From contig CM052816.1 in assembly GCA_028534125.1 (NCBI GenBank), forward strand, positions 101,620,001-101,680,000: DNA of 60,000 bases, given 5' to 3'. A program made the position numbers and the translations under genes. Shown here piece after piece: positions 24,636 through 35,843 of the stretch. The stretch is from Lama glama (Eukaryota). How positions within the stretch are numbered: the stretch's first letter is position 1; each line of letters starts with the position of its first letter. The notes under the pieces are model-generated. The model searched no databases. It was not told the DNA's origin and worked only from the letters and a program-made list of their open reading frames with translations.

Positions 24636-24800
24636 CGGGGCGAGGCGGGAAGGGCTGCGCAGGGGGCTCGCCACAGCGTGGGTCCTGAAGCTGCAGCTCC
24701 GCACACACGCCCCTGGCGCCGCTCGTCTTCCCGCGGCCCTTCCTCCAGGAGTCCCCACACTGGTGCTGCGCCGACAGCGGGCTCAGCGGACGCCGTGACT
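24636..24800 (-). CDS. CEP72: CEP72 exon 6
   Basis: Acceptor tagtag|AG, donor G|gtgagc; 165 nt; ESRRPLSPLSAQHQCGDSWRKGRG...PFPPRP; keeps phase 1. Confidence 0.85.
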
Positions 24801-24959
24801 CTACTACATTGAAAACATTTTTAAAATTTTATTCCATTAAAAACTACCTTTTGGGTTTCTGACAGTAAATGATACCTGTTAAATGTGTTCCTTACATCGG
24901 GTAAGCAGGGAGACGGCTGGGTGAGTGACAGCACCAGCCGTCCCGACTGAACCCGCAGC

Positions 24960-25600
24960 GGCCCGGGGAGAGGGACCTAGCCCGACTCAGGAGCAGCCGT
25001 TCAGCAGGGCACCAAGGCAGACGCTACGGCCAACAGAATGCAGAAAGGGACTGTGGCCAACTGGATTAACTAGCGTGCCAAGGTGATTAAGGGAGAAAAA
25101 GACCATCTTTCCAGTAAATGGCCCTGGCACGACCGGGTACACATGGGGGACGGACACCTTGACCCGCACGCTCGCAGCACATCCACGAGCTCACTCCAGG
25201 ACGGAGCTCAGGCCTGAGCACTGAGCTGCAGGACATCGACCTGCCCCTGAGCAAAGGCAGCAGCACGCAGCATGCACCGCCAGAGAGAGAATGGTGCCCT
25301 GACTTCAAAAGCCTTCTCTCCGCAGCACTGTTAGGAAAGTGGAAGGCAAGCGGGAACAGAGACACCCTGCAGTACTAATTCTGAGAAAGGGCTCGAGTTC
25401 AATCACCAGGAAGAGCTCATGTGACTCAACTCCAGGAAGACGCGGAAGAGAAGACGCGGAGGGACGGCCATGGAGAGAAACTGCGGGAGAGACGTGGGCA
25501 CATGAGGAGGTAGTCATCACCCGCCTTCAGGAAATGCCACTTTGAACCACCACGATCGCCGCACCCCCCAGGACAGGAGCCGGCGGGAGGAAGACCGACG
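24960..25600 (+). mobile_element. Degraded, GC-shifted L1M ORF2 3' fragment
   Basis: gtgccaaggtgattaagggagaaaaagaccatctttccagtaaatgg; caggaaatgccactttgaaccacca. Confidence 0.55.
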
Positions 25601-26108
25601 GTCCCACGAGCAGCAGGGTCCCGGTGGGCAGAGGTGACCCTGTAGCTGGGAGGACTCAGCCTGCTGCGTCTTCAGGGAAAGCTCTCAGGAAGCCGGCGGC
25701 AGCCACAGGGCTGACTTTCACACACAAGTCCTGGGAAAAGAGCCCCCAGCGAAGGGCATGGAGCTCAGGCCCGCGGCCCAGTTGGGTCTGAGTCCCATGC
25801 GCAGCAGTAGCTGGGAGGGGCTGCCTGCGGCCAGCGGGGGCTCAGCCCCCGGGCACAGGATGTATTTCCTCACCGTCTGTGACTATGACTGGGGCTGCCA
25901 TGCAGCATGACGGCCCGCCTCAGATACACTGACTTCTCCGCTTACAACCTGTGACCCAAGTCACTGGTAGTTCCTGGGGCACCAAGACCGCAGGGAGAGG
26001 CTACACAAAAGGTCAGTTTTCGATGCCACCATGCATCCTCAAGCTGGCGGATACTGACATCTGGGGCAGGCCGGCCGCGCCGACCTTCTCCGTGGAGCAG
26101 CAGCCTAC

Positions 26109-26287
26109 CTTGGGAGCCCTGGAAGCTGACCTCTCGCTCCTTCTGGCTGGAGCTCGTGCTCCCGGGAGGGTTGCCCAGGTCCCACTCACACTCGGCAATG
26201 AGGTTCAGGACCGCCTCGTCGTCCGCATCCATGACCAAGCACTTCCCGGCCGAGGGGTCGGCACACGTGGCTCTGGAGTGGCGCGGT
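26109..26287 (-). CDS. CEP72: CEP72 exon 5
   Basis: Acceptor ttgcag|A, donor G|gtaggc; 179 nt; includes the conserved VMDADDEAVLNLIAECEWDLG. Confidence 0.94.
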
Positions 26288-26980
26288 CTGCAAAGACAGG
26301 CAAAGACAGTGCTGGAGCGGCAGCCCATGCGACCCCACGAGGGAGCCGCTGCCACCAGCAGGGCCACAAGGTCTCCGGGCGGTAGCGCTGAGGCGTCTGC
26401 TGCAAGGAGGCCGAGCGGACTCAGCCAGGACCACGGGATGGGCAGCAAGGTCTCGCGTCCCCACACCAGGCCGGCACGGGCAGGGGCCACTGGGGCTTGC
26501 TCAAGGACAGAGGCTCTGGAAGGCTCCGCCTGGCCATCCCCTGCTGCCCCATCCCCCCCGCGCACCAGCAAGGCGACGTGTGTGATCCAGAGGGCCCCCG
26601 GTGTGGAGCCCCCGATTCCTGCTTCTGCATTAAGTGAAAGCACTTCCCAACCAACTGAACGGTGAGCATCTTAGAACAGGACGTCCCTCCGTGAAAGGCG
26701 AACACACTCAGAGGGACCTCACTTCCAACAGGGCAGCGTGAGAAGTCACCCTTCAAAACAGCACTCAACCACGTACTACGAGTACTGATCCTGTGGCACC
26801 TGGTCTGACTTTGAGAGGTCTGAAACATTCCCCACTTTCTGCTAGGAAAGTCCTCCAGATGCCCTGCAGAAAGAAGGGGACTTGGGACTTGGCTTTCCGC
26901 AGCCACCCTGGGTGATAAGGATGCTGCGCCAGATCATGACACTCCGTGACCGTCCAGTCTGGAGATTATCAAGGATAGGT

Positions 26981-27228
26981 AAACTACACAACGTTGATGA
27001 AAGAAATTAAAGGAGATGTTAATAAATGTAAACACATCCTCGTTCATGGACTGGAAGACGAACACTCTTAAATGCCCATACCACTCAAAGCCATCTACAG
27101 AGTCAGTGCAATCCTATCGAAACCTCAATGACGTTTTTACAGAAATAGAAAAACCCACCCTAAAATGCATGTGGAATCTCAATGAACTCCAAATAGCCAA
27201 AACAACCTTGAAGACGAGTAAACGTTAG
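26981..27228 (+). mobile_element. LINE-1 ORF2 fragment
   Basis: aaagccatctacagagtcagtgcaatcc...acagaaatagaaaaacccaccctaaaatgcatgtggaatc...aaatagccaaaacaaccttg. Confidence 0.85.
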
Positions 27229-28356
27229 AACCAGACTCGGATATGGCAAAAATGTTGGACTGAATCCGACCTGGCTTTGAAGCAACTCTGAGCAATAATG
27301 CTGAGATCTACTGGGAAAAAATGAAAGAACAGATGGGGAATATAAGCAGAGAGACTGAAATTCTAAGAACCAAAAAGAAGCATTAGAGTCAAAAACACTG
27401 TAACAGAAATGAAGAATGCTTTTGATGGACTTACTAGTGGACTGGACACAGCTGAGGAAATCATCTCTGAACTTGAGAATTTATCAACAGAAACTTCTAA
27501 AACTGAAAAGCGAAGGAAAAAAGGACTGGGGAAAAAGGACCCAGCATAGAATGCCCACGAATCATGGGGCATACAAAAGGTGTCTCACACACATAATGAG
27601 GACACAGAAGGAGAAAAGGGAGAGGAACCAAAAAAAAATTTGAAGAAGACTTGAAATTTACTCAAATTAATGTCAGACCCCAAATCACAGAACCAGGAAG
27701 CTCAGAGAACGGTGGCAGAATTAATGCCCCCAAATCACCAAGGAATATATTCAAACTGGAGAAAATCTGAGACAAAGGAAAAAATCTTGAAATGAATCAG
27801 AAAGACTCATTACTATAGGGAGTAAGACTTGCATCTACCTTCTCCTTGGAAACCATGCGAGCAGTAAAAGAATGGAGTGAAATATTTAGTGTTGAGACCA
27901 AAAAAAAAAAAAAAAAAAAAAACCTAACCTAGAATTCTGTACCTGAAAATTATCCTTCAAAAGTGAAGGAGAAATGAAGACCTTCTCAGATAATCAAAAA
28001 CTGAGGGAATTTGTGGCCAGCAGTCCTGCCTTGTAAGAGGTGTAAAAGAAGTTCTTCAGGGAGGAGACCGAGAGAGGTCAGAAACTCTGACCGACAGGGC
28101 AGGAAGAGCCTCTAGGACTGAGTGAAGGTGGATAAACCTCCACTTTTCCCCTTCCTAATCCACCTGGCAGATACCAGTTTGTCTGAAATGACCACACGTA
28201 CTCGGCCACGTAACTTCACGTGTTACTCGCAGGATTGCAGCGTGGGCCCCAGAGAAGCGGGCGGGGAGGACTTGGGAGTCTTCTGTGATCTCGAGGCACC
28301 TGCTCCTTCTGAGGCGGGGCGGGGTGTGAAAGTGGTCTTGGGTCTCGTGACTGCAA

Positions 28357-28814
28357 CAGGCAGGCCTCGAAGACACTGCACGTCCAGCTCCAGACGACTT
28401 CAGTAAAGCGAGTACTGCGAGCACGTGGGCCACACGGTCGTCCGCCTTCCTGGTGCACACAGAAGTTACGTTCACACTACACTGCCATCTGTTAAGTGTG
28501 CAATCGCTTATGCCAAAAAACAATGAACATGTCTTAAGAAATACCTTATTGCTAAAAAATGCTAACCATCACCTGAGCCTTCAGCAAGCTGTAGTAGCAA
28601 CATCAGAGTTCGCTACCAGAGATCACCATGACAAGCGTAATGAAAAAGTGTGCAATATCGTGAGAATTACAAAAATGTGACAGAGACACGATGTGGTGCC
28701 AGAAAAATGGTGCCAACAGACTTGCTCGACGCACAGCTACCGCACCCCTTCCATCTGCGAGCACGCCATCCCGGGAAGCCCAGTAAGCAAAACTCAGCAG
28801 AGCGCAGCTGCCTG
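28357..28814 (+). mobile_element. Tigger1-derived non-autonomous DNA transposon
   Basis: Tigger1 left-end (cactacactgccatctgttaagtgtgcaat...gagccttcagc) and right-end (gagaattacaaaaatgtgacagagacac...gacttgctcgacgc) blocks; cagg...cctg termini. Confidence 0.8.
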
Positions 28815-29744
28815 GACCGCGGGCTCCAGAGCAGCCGCCGAGAAGAGTGAGACTGTGAGGATGCCTGGCGTGCTACGAAAGGAGAGGAAACGGGACCGTG
28901 CAACGCTCACTTAAAACCGTAAAGGGAGAAAGCGAGCAGGAGCAAGAACGGAGACAAAGAGCAAGGCGACGTGCAGAAACAGTGACGAGCACGGTGGCCA
29001 CTAACCCAACTGAACCGACAACCCACGTGAGAATCACTGGTCCAAACGCACCAACTGAAGGAGGCTGTCAGCGTGGACAAGATTCAAACCCAAAGAAACC
29101 TACTTTAAACATAAAGACATGTGGATTAAAGGTAAGCAGACAGAAGCTGACAGTAATCAAAAGCAAGCGGAAGCCGCACTGCTCTCAGAAGAGCTGACTC
29201 CCGAGCAAGGAGCACGATCCGGGATAAAGAGGGGCCTGTGTAGACCGCGGGGTCAGTTTGCTGAGACGACGACAGTCCCTGACACGTCTGCACCTCTCAA
29301 GACAGCATCACATTATATGGTGTGAAACTGACAAAACGGCGAGGAGAAGTGGCCGGGCCACTTCAACGGCCTCCACCAGAGCCAGCCAGGCCAGCAGGGG
29401 GAGGTCCTGCCTTCCAGGACACAGCTGAGCGCCCCACCCAGCAACTGGATGCAGGGACATCCACAGCAACCTCACCCAACAGCAGCAGGGCACACAGGCT
29501 TCCCAAGCTCACCTGGAACACTCACCAAGACAGACCACATGCTGGGCCACAAGACACACCTTCACAAATTTAAGTCACGTGATATTTGCTCTCAGGACAC
29601 AGTGGAATTAAACTAGTAGTAAAATAAATAACAGGAAGATAACTGGGAAATCTCAAAAAAAAAAAAAACCCCACAGAGATTAGACAGCTTATTTCCAAGT
29701 GACACACGAGTCAAAGAAATCTCAAAAGGAACTTAAAAATATTT

Positions 29745-30505
29745 GGGAAGGTGCAGAGAGAAAGGAACCCGCCTACACTGTTGGTGGGGATGTATACAGG
29801 TGTAGCTGTTATGGAAAACAGTTTGGAGGTTCCTTAAAAAATTAAAAATAGACCTACCCTATGATCCAGCAATCCCACTCTTGGGCATATATCCAGAAAA
29901 GATGAAAACTCTAATTCAAAAAGACACGTACCTTAACGTTCACAGCAGCACTATTTACAATAGTCAAGACATAGAAGCAACCTAAATGTCCATCGACAGA
30001 TGACTAGACAAACAAATTGTGGTGGAATACTACTCAGCCATAAAAAAGAATAAAATCATGCCATTTGCAGCAACATGGATGCACCTAGAGATTATCATAC
30101 TAAGCAAAGTCAGTCAGAAAGAAAGAAAAATACCATATGATATGACTTATACAAGGAATCTAAAAAATGGACACAAATGAATTTATGTACAAAACAGAAA
30201 CAGACTCACAGACACAGAAAATAGACTTACAGTTACCAAAGGGGAAAGTGTAGGTGGGAGGGATAAATTAGGAGCCTGGGATTAGCAGATACACACTACT
30301 GCACGTAAACTAGATAAATAGATCAGTAACAGGGTCCTAGTGTACAGCACAGCAACTATATTCAGTAGTTTGTCATAAACTACAATGGAAGAGAACCTGC
30401 AAAAGAACACACACACACACATATATATATAAAACTGAATCACTTTGCTATACACCAGAAACTAACACAACATCTTAAATCAACTGTACTTCAATTTAAA
30501 AAAAA
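29745..30505 (+). mobile_element. Younger L1 3' end (L1MA/artiodactyl-type) nested in the older L1
   Basis: tatgatccagcaatcccactcttgggcatatatccag ... ctatacaccagaaactaacacaac ... tacttcaatttaaaaaaaa; the host L1 resumes afterwards. Confidence 0.88.
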
Positions 30506-31792
30506 GTGATTTACGAAAATAAATATGTTCAACTAAATGAAAAAGAAAATACACCTTATCAAAATGGGTGGGATGTAGTAAAAGCAATGTGCAGAGGGAG
30601 ATTCACAGCACTGAACGTAAATATCAGAAAACAGTAAGATCTAAAATCGACAGTCTAAGCTTCTACCTTAGGAAACTGAGAAAACAAACCAGATCCAGTG
30701 TAGGAAGAAGAAAACAAACACTAAAAACCAGAGCAGAAACCAGTGAACCCGCAAACAGGAAACCAAAAAAGAAAAAGCAAAAAACTCCAAGGTTCGTTAT
30801 TTGAAAAAAGGATCAATAAAATTGAAAAACCTCTATGCCAGGTGAACCAAAAAAAAAAAAAAGACAAATTACTAATATCAAAATTGAAAGAAGAGGCACC
30901 CCATGGGCATCGAGAGGATAACAGGAATACAAATATGTCCCAAATGAAATGGAGCAATTCCTGGAAAGAAACAATCTACCAAAACCCACACCAGGAGAAA
31001 TAGATAATCTGAACAGACTTGTGCTTATCAAAGACATTGAGTCAAAAGTTAACAGCCTCCTGAAATACCAGGTCCAGGTGGGCTCAATGGTAGATTCTAT
31101 CAGACACTTAAGGAAGAAATTATACCAACTCTCTACCATCTTTTCCAGAAGACAGAAGCAGCAGCAGAGGGAATACACCCTAGCTCATTCCAAGAGGTCA
31201 GCATTACCCTGATCAGAACCAGCAAAGATCACACAAGGAAACTATAGAGCAGTACCTCCCGTAAACACAGATGCAAAAATCCTCAACAAAGTATCAGCAA
31301 ATTGAACCCAACGACATACAAAAAGGACTCTGCACCATGACCAAGGGGGATTTATTCTAGGAATGTGTGGCTGGTTCAACATTTGGAAAAAAAAATCAAT
31401 GTAATTCATCACATCAACAGGCTAAAGAAGAGAAGTCATATGACCAGATCAATAGATGCAGAAAAAGCATCTAACAAACGCAACACCCACTCATGATAAA
31501 AGCGGTCAGCAAGCCAGGCACAGAAGGGAAACTCCTCAATGTGATCAGATATGAGGCAAGGGTGCTTTGCAACATCCTACTCCAAGTCCCAGCTCACGTA
31601 ACGAGACAAGAAAAGGAAATACAGACTGGGTACACAGGCTGGGAAGGAAGACGCGAGACTGTCTTTGTTCACAGATGACGTGATTGATCACCTACATAGA
31701 AAATCCCCAAGAAACAACCAACAAACAAACAAAACCTCCTGGAACTAATGAGTGATCACAGAAAGATTGCAGAATTCAAGGCACAGGGGTCA

Positions 31793-32205
31793 CACTGTGG
31801 CCCCTAAAACAGATGCGCAAGTCCCAACACCCCAGAATATGACCTTATTTGGAAATAGGGTCTTTGCAGCGGTAAAGGAGTTAAGACGAGGTCGTCAGGG
31901 TGGGCCCTGATCCAGTGTGACTGGTGTCCTTGCAGAGGGGAGACTTGGACAGAGGGATGGATGTGCAGTTTGGGGAGCTCCGTGAAACAGCCAGAGTGGG
32001 GCGCACATACCAGCCAAGGAGCACCAAGACTGTGAGCAAACCAGAGATGCTGGGGTCGTGGATGGATTCTCCCTCAGAGCCTCCAGAAGGGAGCAACCCT
32101 GCCAACACCCTAACTTCAGACTTACAGCTTTAACTGGAAGACGATAAGGGTCTGTTATTTTAAGCCATGTCTGTGGCACTTTGTCACCATCAGCCCTACA
32201 AAATT
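31793..32205 (+). mobile_element. MLT1 (ERVL-MaLR) solo LTR
   Basis: gaatatgaccttatttggaaatagggtctttgcag; gattctccctcagagcctccagaagggagcaaccctgccaacacc; tgttattttaagcca. Confidence 0.85.
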
Positions 32206-32314
32206 CTACATGAAATTAGCCTAGTCTGAAAGAAGGAAGTGAGGGAAGAGGGCTCCAGGGGAGGTATCTGCGGGAACAGACCCCAGAGATCTGAAACTGA
32301 TCACAAGCCATCAG

Positions 32315-32525
32315 AACAGAAGCTGGCTCAGTATGGACTACAGCTCAAACCCAGCCCACAGCTTGTGTGAACAGCTCTGATGGAACACAGTCATTCACCG
32401 GTGTATTGCCTATGGCTGCTTCCCTGTCACACAGGCAGGGCTGAGGAGCAGAAACACAGATCTTATTGTCCACAGAGCTAAAATATGTACTCTCCAGCCC
32501 TTGACAAAAAAGTCAGCTGACCCCT
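32315..32525 (-). mobile_element. MER58-like hAT-Charlie MITE
   Basis: gtattgcctatggctgcttcc ... ctaaaatatgtactctccagcccttgacaaaaaagtcagctgacccct. Confidence 0.7.
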
Positions 32526-32763
32526 ACATTAGAGGAATTTATGGATGAGCTAAGGCATCCATAAACTGCAAGAAAATGAAAGCTATTGAAGGCTTCAGAC
32601 AAAACAAATGGCATCCAAGAGTATGTAATCCTGGCACATTATAAGCCAGGTACACACCGCTGACTGCCTTGTATGCTTTAGAACCAACCCATACACATGA
32701 GGACTCTTATGGCTCAGAACACAGTTAGACATCACCAACCCTGACGATCTAAAGTCAAACATA

Positions 32764-32928
32764 GGGGGAGGGCAGAGCTCAAGTGGTAGGGTGCGTGCTT
32801 AGCATACATGAGGTCCTGGGTTCAATCCCCAGTACCTACTCTAAAAATAAATAAACAAACCTAATTACCTCTCCCCCAAAAAAGAAATAAAAAAGAAAAA
32901 TAAATAAAATTTAAAAAATAAATAAATG
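32764..32928 (+). mobile_element. vic-1-type camelid SINE with 12-bp TSD
   Basis: gggggagggcagagctcaagtggtag...gaggtcctgggttcaatccccagtacc...aacctaattacctctcccc plus A-rich tail; TSD aagtcaaacata at 32752-32763 and 32929-32940. Confidence 0.92.
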
Positions 32929-33405
32929 AAGTCAAACATAAGATGCAGGAGCCGGGAGGCAGCGAGAAGCAGGTGGGCGCAAGCCCCCACGGCCGGGAAC
33001 GGGAAGAGGAGGCTCCTCACATCCAGAAATGGCAAAGCGTCTGCACTGCTTGGAAATGAGAAAGTCATTCAAACAGAACCCGGAAGCAGAAACAATGACA
33101 GAAGGGAAAGCAGCCGCCCCTGAGGAGTGGGCCAGGACTCGGGAGAAGCCTTTTGTGCTCCGTGTCTTACATGAGTTGCTTTAACAGACATTTTTGATAC
33201 TGCAAAATAACGTAGGGAAAATGTGGACGACAGTGAGAGAGACTGTCCCGCAGTCTCCTTGAGCCCCAGGTGGTACCCGGCACCTCTCCTTCCCTCTGCC
33301 CCCGCATGTCTACCCTCTGATGGGCACTTGGCACAGAAAGAAGTTTACATCTTTCCTTCAGCCTCGACACTCCTCTCAATGTTCAAACCCTACTTCTGTT
33401 CATAC

Positions 33406-33514
33406 CTTTCGACTCTGAAAGCAGTTGGGAAGCTCTGCTTTGAGTCCAGTGATTCCTCTAAAGCAAAATGCAGCTGGGATGCTTCCCGCTCGCTCTCCCT
33501 CACAGGGCGGTCAT
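33406..33514 (-). CDS. CEP72: CEP72 exon 4
   Basis: Acceptor ctctag|AT, donor AG|gtatga; 109 nt; DDRPVRESEREASQLHFALEESLDSKQSFPTAFRVE. Confidence 0.92.
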
Positions 33515-34287
33515 CTAGAGGGAAGATACCACAGAGAAACTAGCAGACAAGGCCATGAGGAGGGCACCAGGCCCGACAACCAATCCTCCTGGTACACCTA
33601 CCGGCCTCCCCTTGGGAGTGAGGTGTCCCTCACCTGTCTGGCCGCACAATGCGTGACCAGGACTGTCACCCCCTGCTCCAAGGACTTCCGTCCCCTGGGG
33701 GCTGAGCCTGCCATCGCGTCCCCCAGAGGACTGGGCAAGCAGGTAAAGCAAGGCTGGGCTCTGGAGGCTACACCTGGTTTCCCAGAGATGATGAACGCGG
33801 ATTCCCAGAGGGTGGGCGGCCACACCAGGCTCGCTCCTCAGGCCCCTTGGAAGCAGGAAAGGAAAAACGTGCAAATTCGCACGCATGCAAGGCCTCCTCG
33901 TGTCCTCTGAGTGCACGTCCTGAGGGCTGTGTGAGGTTCCCAAACCGCACTGAGCACCCCTGACAAGTGTTCACAGGTGAGGACCCTGAACACACTCAAG
34001 AGAGGACCCCCAGCCATGGGCTGACACGCAGGTTTGCATCCTCAAACCCGCAGGACTAGAACAAGACTTTCAACTGTCCAGTGTGTGCCCTGGGCCCGAG
34101 AAGACTCCACTCGACCACAATCCTCTTCCTTCAAAGCTCCGAAATGCTAGGGTCGGCCCATGGGAGCTTGCCCCCAGCCCCCTCCCCAGGCAGCTCCCCT
34201 GCTAGAAGAGGAAATCAGCCTCCCTTTCCCGAAGGTCCAGAGCGCAGCGCCAGGCAGCCCCACGAGGGTGCGTGCAGCCAGCCCTAC

Positions 34288-34480
34288 CCAGCCGCCGGAG
34301 CCCTGGGAGCAGGTGCACCATGAAGAGGCGGTAGCCGGGCTCGCTCTTCACCACGGGGTTCAGCCGGAAGTCTGCATCCGAGAGCGCGGGCAGCGCACGG
34401 AGCCGGAACAGCTCGGCAGGCGAGGAGATGCGGTTGTAGTAGAGGCTGAGGCGCTGCAGCGCGACCAGGTGCTCGATGCC
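34288..34480 (-). CDS. CEP72: CEP72 exon 3 (LRR/LRRcap)
   Basis: Acceptor ccgcag|GGC, donor G|gtaggg; 193 nt; GIEHLVALQRLSLYYNRISSPAELFRLRALPALSDADFRLNPVVKSEPGYRLFMVHLLPGLRRL. Confidence 0.93.
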
Positions 34481-35148
34481 CTGCGGGGACAGGCGCCAGG
34501 GCGGGTCACTTCACACCAGCACGAGACCCCGCCCGCGCCGTCCTGGGACAGAAGAGGAGCGTGAGTTCCCAGTTCGCACACGGTGACACGCCCGACGGGA
34601 AATGGGCCAGGGGGGCTCTGCCGGGGGAGGGAGCTCACACCGGACCGAAGGCATCGCAGTCCAGGGCAGCCACGTCCTGCCCTCCTCTCTCCCAAGGCTC
34701 CGCCGCCTCCCACACGTGCCCACTCGCCGCCCACGGGCAACTTCTGACCCCACCAGGACAAGCACCTCCCGTGTCAGGCACACAAGCCATTCAAGGGCCG
34801 GAGCACAGTGCATGTGGATGAAGAAAGGGCAGCTGATAAAGCATAAGGAGTGACACCCCCACATCGTCTGCCAGGCCTTATCCTGTTCCCATGAAAGATA
34901 CAACCACCTTCATCAGAGCCGTGACTTCTGGTTGTCCCAGGAGTTCAAAAATGCAATGTGATGCCTAAGAAATCCGGCTCACGGTAAACACAAGAAGACC
35001 AGCACAACGCTTGTAACCATTGTGAAGCGTACAGTTTACAAGCACTGTAAGCACAGCTGCAAAGCACACTGCATTCTTACTATAAATGTACCCTCCACTG
35101 CTACTGACAGCAAGGAATTTTCTTTTAAGAAACAAACCTAAAACTTAC

Positions 35149-35276
35149 CTCTAGACTAACCAAGGAGTTGCGTGACAGATCTAGAGACCTCAGACCTGTT
35201 AAATTCATCAAGGAGTTTCCTAGGTGAGTAATTTTTTCTTGGTAAGTTCCAGGAATAGATAATGACTGAAGTTCAG
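35149..35276 (-). CDS. CEP72: CEP72 exon 2 (LRR)
   Basis: Acceptor ttcttag|CT, donor GAG|gtaagt; 128 nt; AELQSLSIPGTYQEKITHLGNSLMNLTGLRSLDLSRNSLVSLE. Confidence 0.95.
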
Positions 35277-35843
35277 CTAAGAATAGAAAATTGTGAGGTT
35301 TTAACTTCATTATTGCATTGGAAATCAGTTACTGCAGTAAAAGTGAGATAAAGCAACCTCATAATCTGAAAAAGGCACAAACACAAGCACACCTCACTTC
35401 AAATCTGAGTGTCAACACCGAAGCGCGGGAACCACACGAGAAGTTTGAGCTCACTGACCTCCAACACATCTCAGGCCCAGACCCTGCCCAGGCCCCGTAC
35501 TTCTCCCTCCAAAGCCCTCTCCCCAGGAAGCCCTCCTGGGGAGTTCCCGCTTCCATGCCTGACTGCTCAGCCCCGCAGCCCATGTAGCCCCGGTGCAGGG
35601 ATCTAAACCTGAAACCCATCGGGAGTTACCCTGCCCTCAACATGCCATGACACGTCGGGGCCCACCGCGTGCTCGGTCACCACGTGCCTCCACATGGCAC
35701 ACCCAGTAAGCAGCCGCCCAACAAATGCCATTACAAAAATAAGTTCCTGTCATCAAATAGACAGTTTGTGTCTGCGTACACCAATATTTTCCCAAGAACA
35801 TCTATTTTTAAAACACGTCTTGATTAAACTTGAAACTGGTTTG

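Larger units (their letters stand above)
27229..31790 (+). mobile_element. Old L1M element (ORF1 to ORF2), interrupted by a Tigger1 derivative and a younger L1 3' end
   Basis: ORF1-like aaaaacactgtaacagaaatgaagaatgcttttgatggac; ORF2-like gatgcaaaaatcctcaacaaa, aatagatgcagaaaaagcat, tttgttcacagatgacgtgat. Confidence 0.85.

Noticed and set aside
25873..25949. Possible extra CEP72 cassette exon (cacag|...|gtgagg)
   Set aside because: In-frame TGA in the required phase and no support beyond generic splice motifs
32764..32835. tRNA gene
   Set aside because: The tRNA-like head is followed by a SINE body, an A-rich tail and a TSD, so it is a SINE
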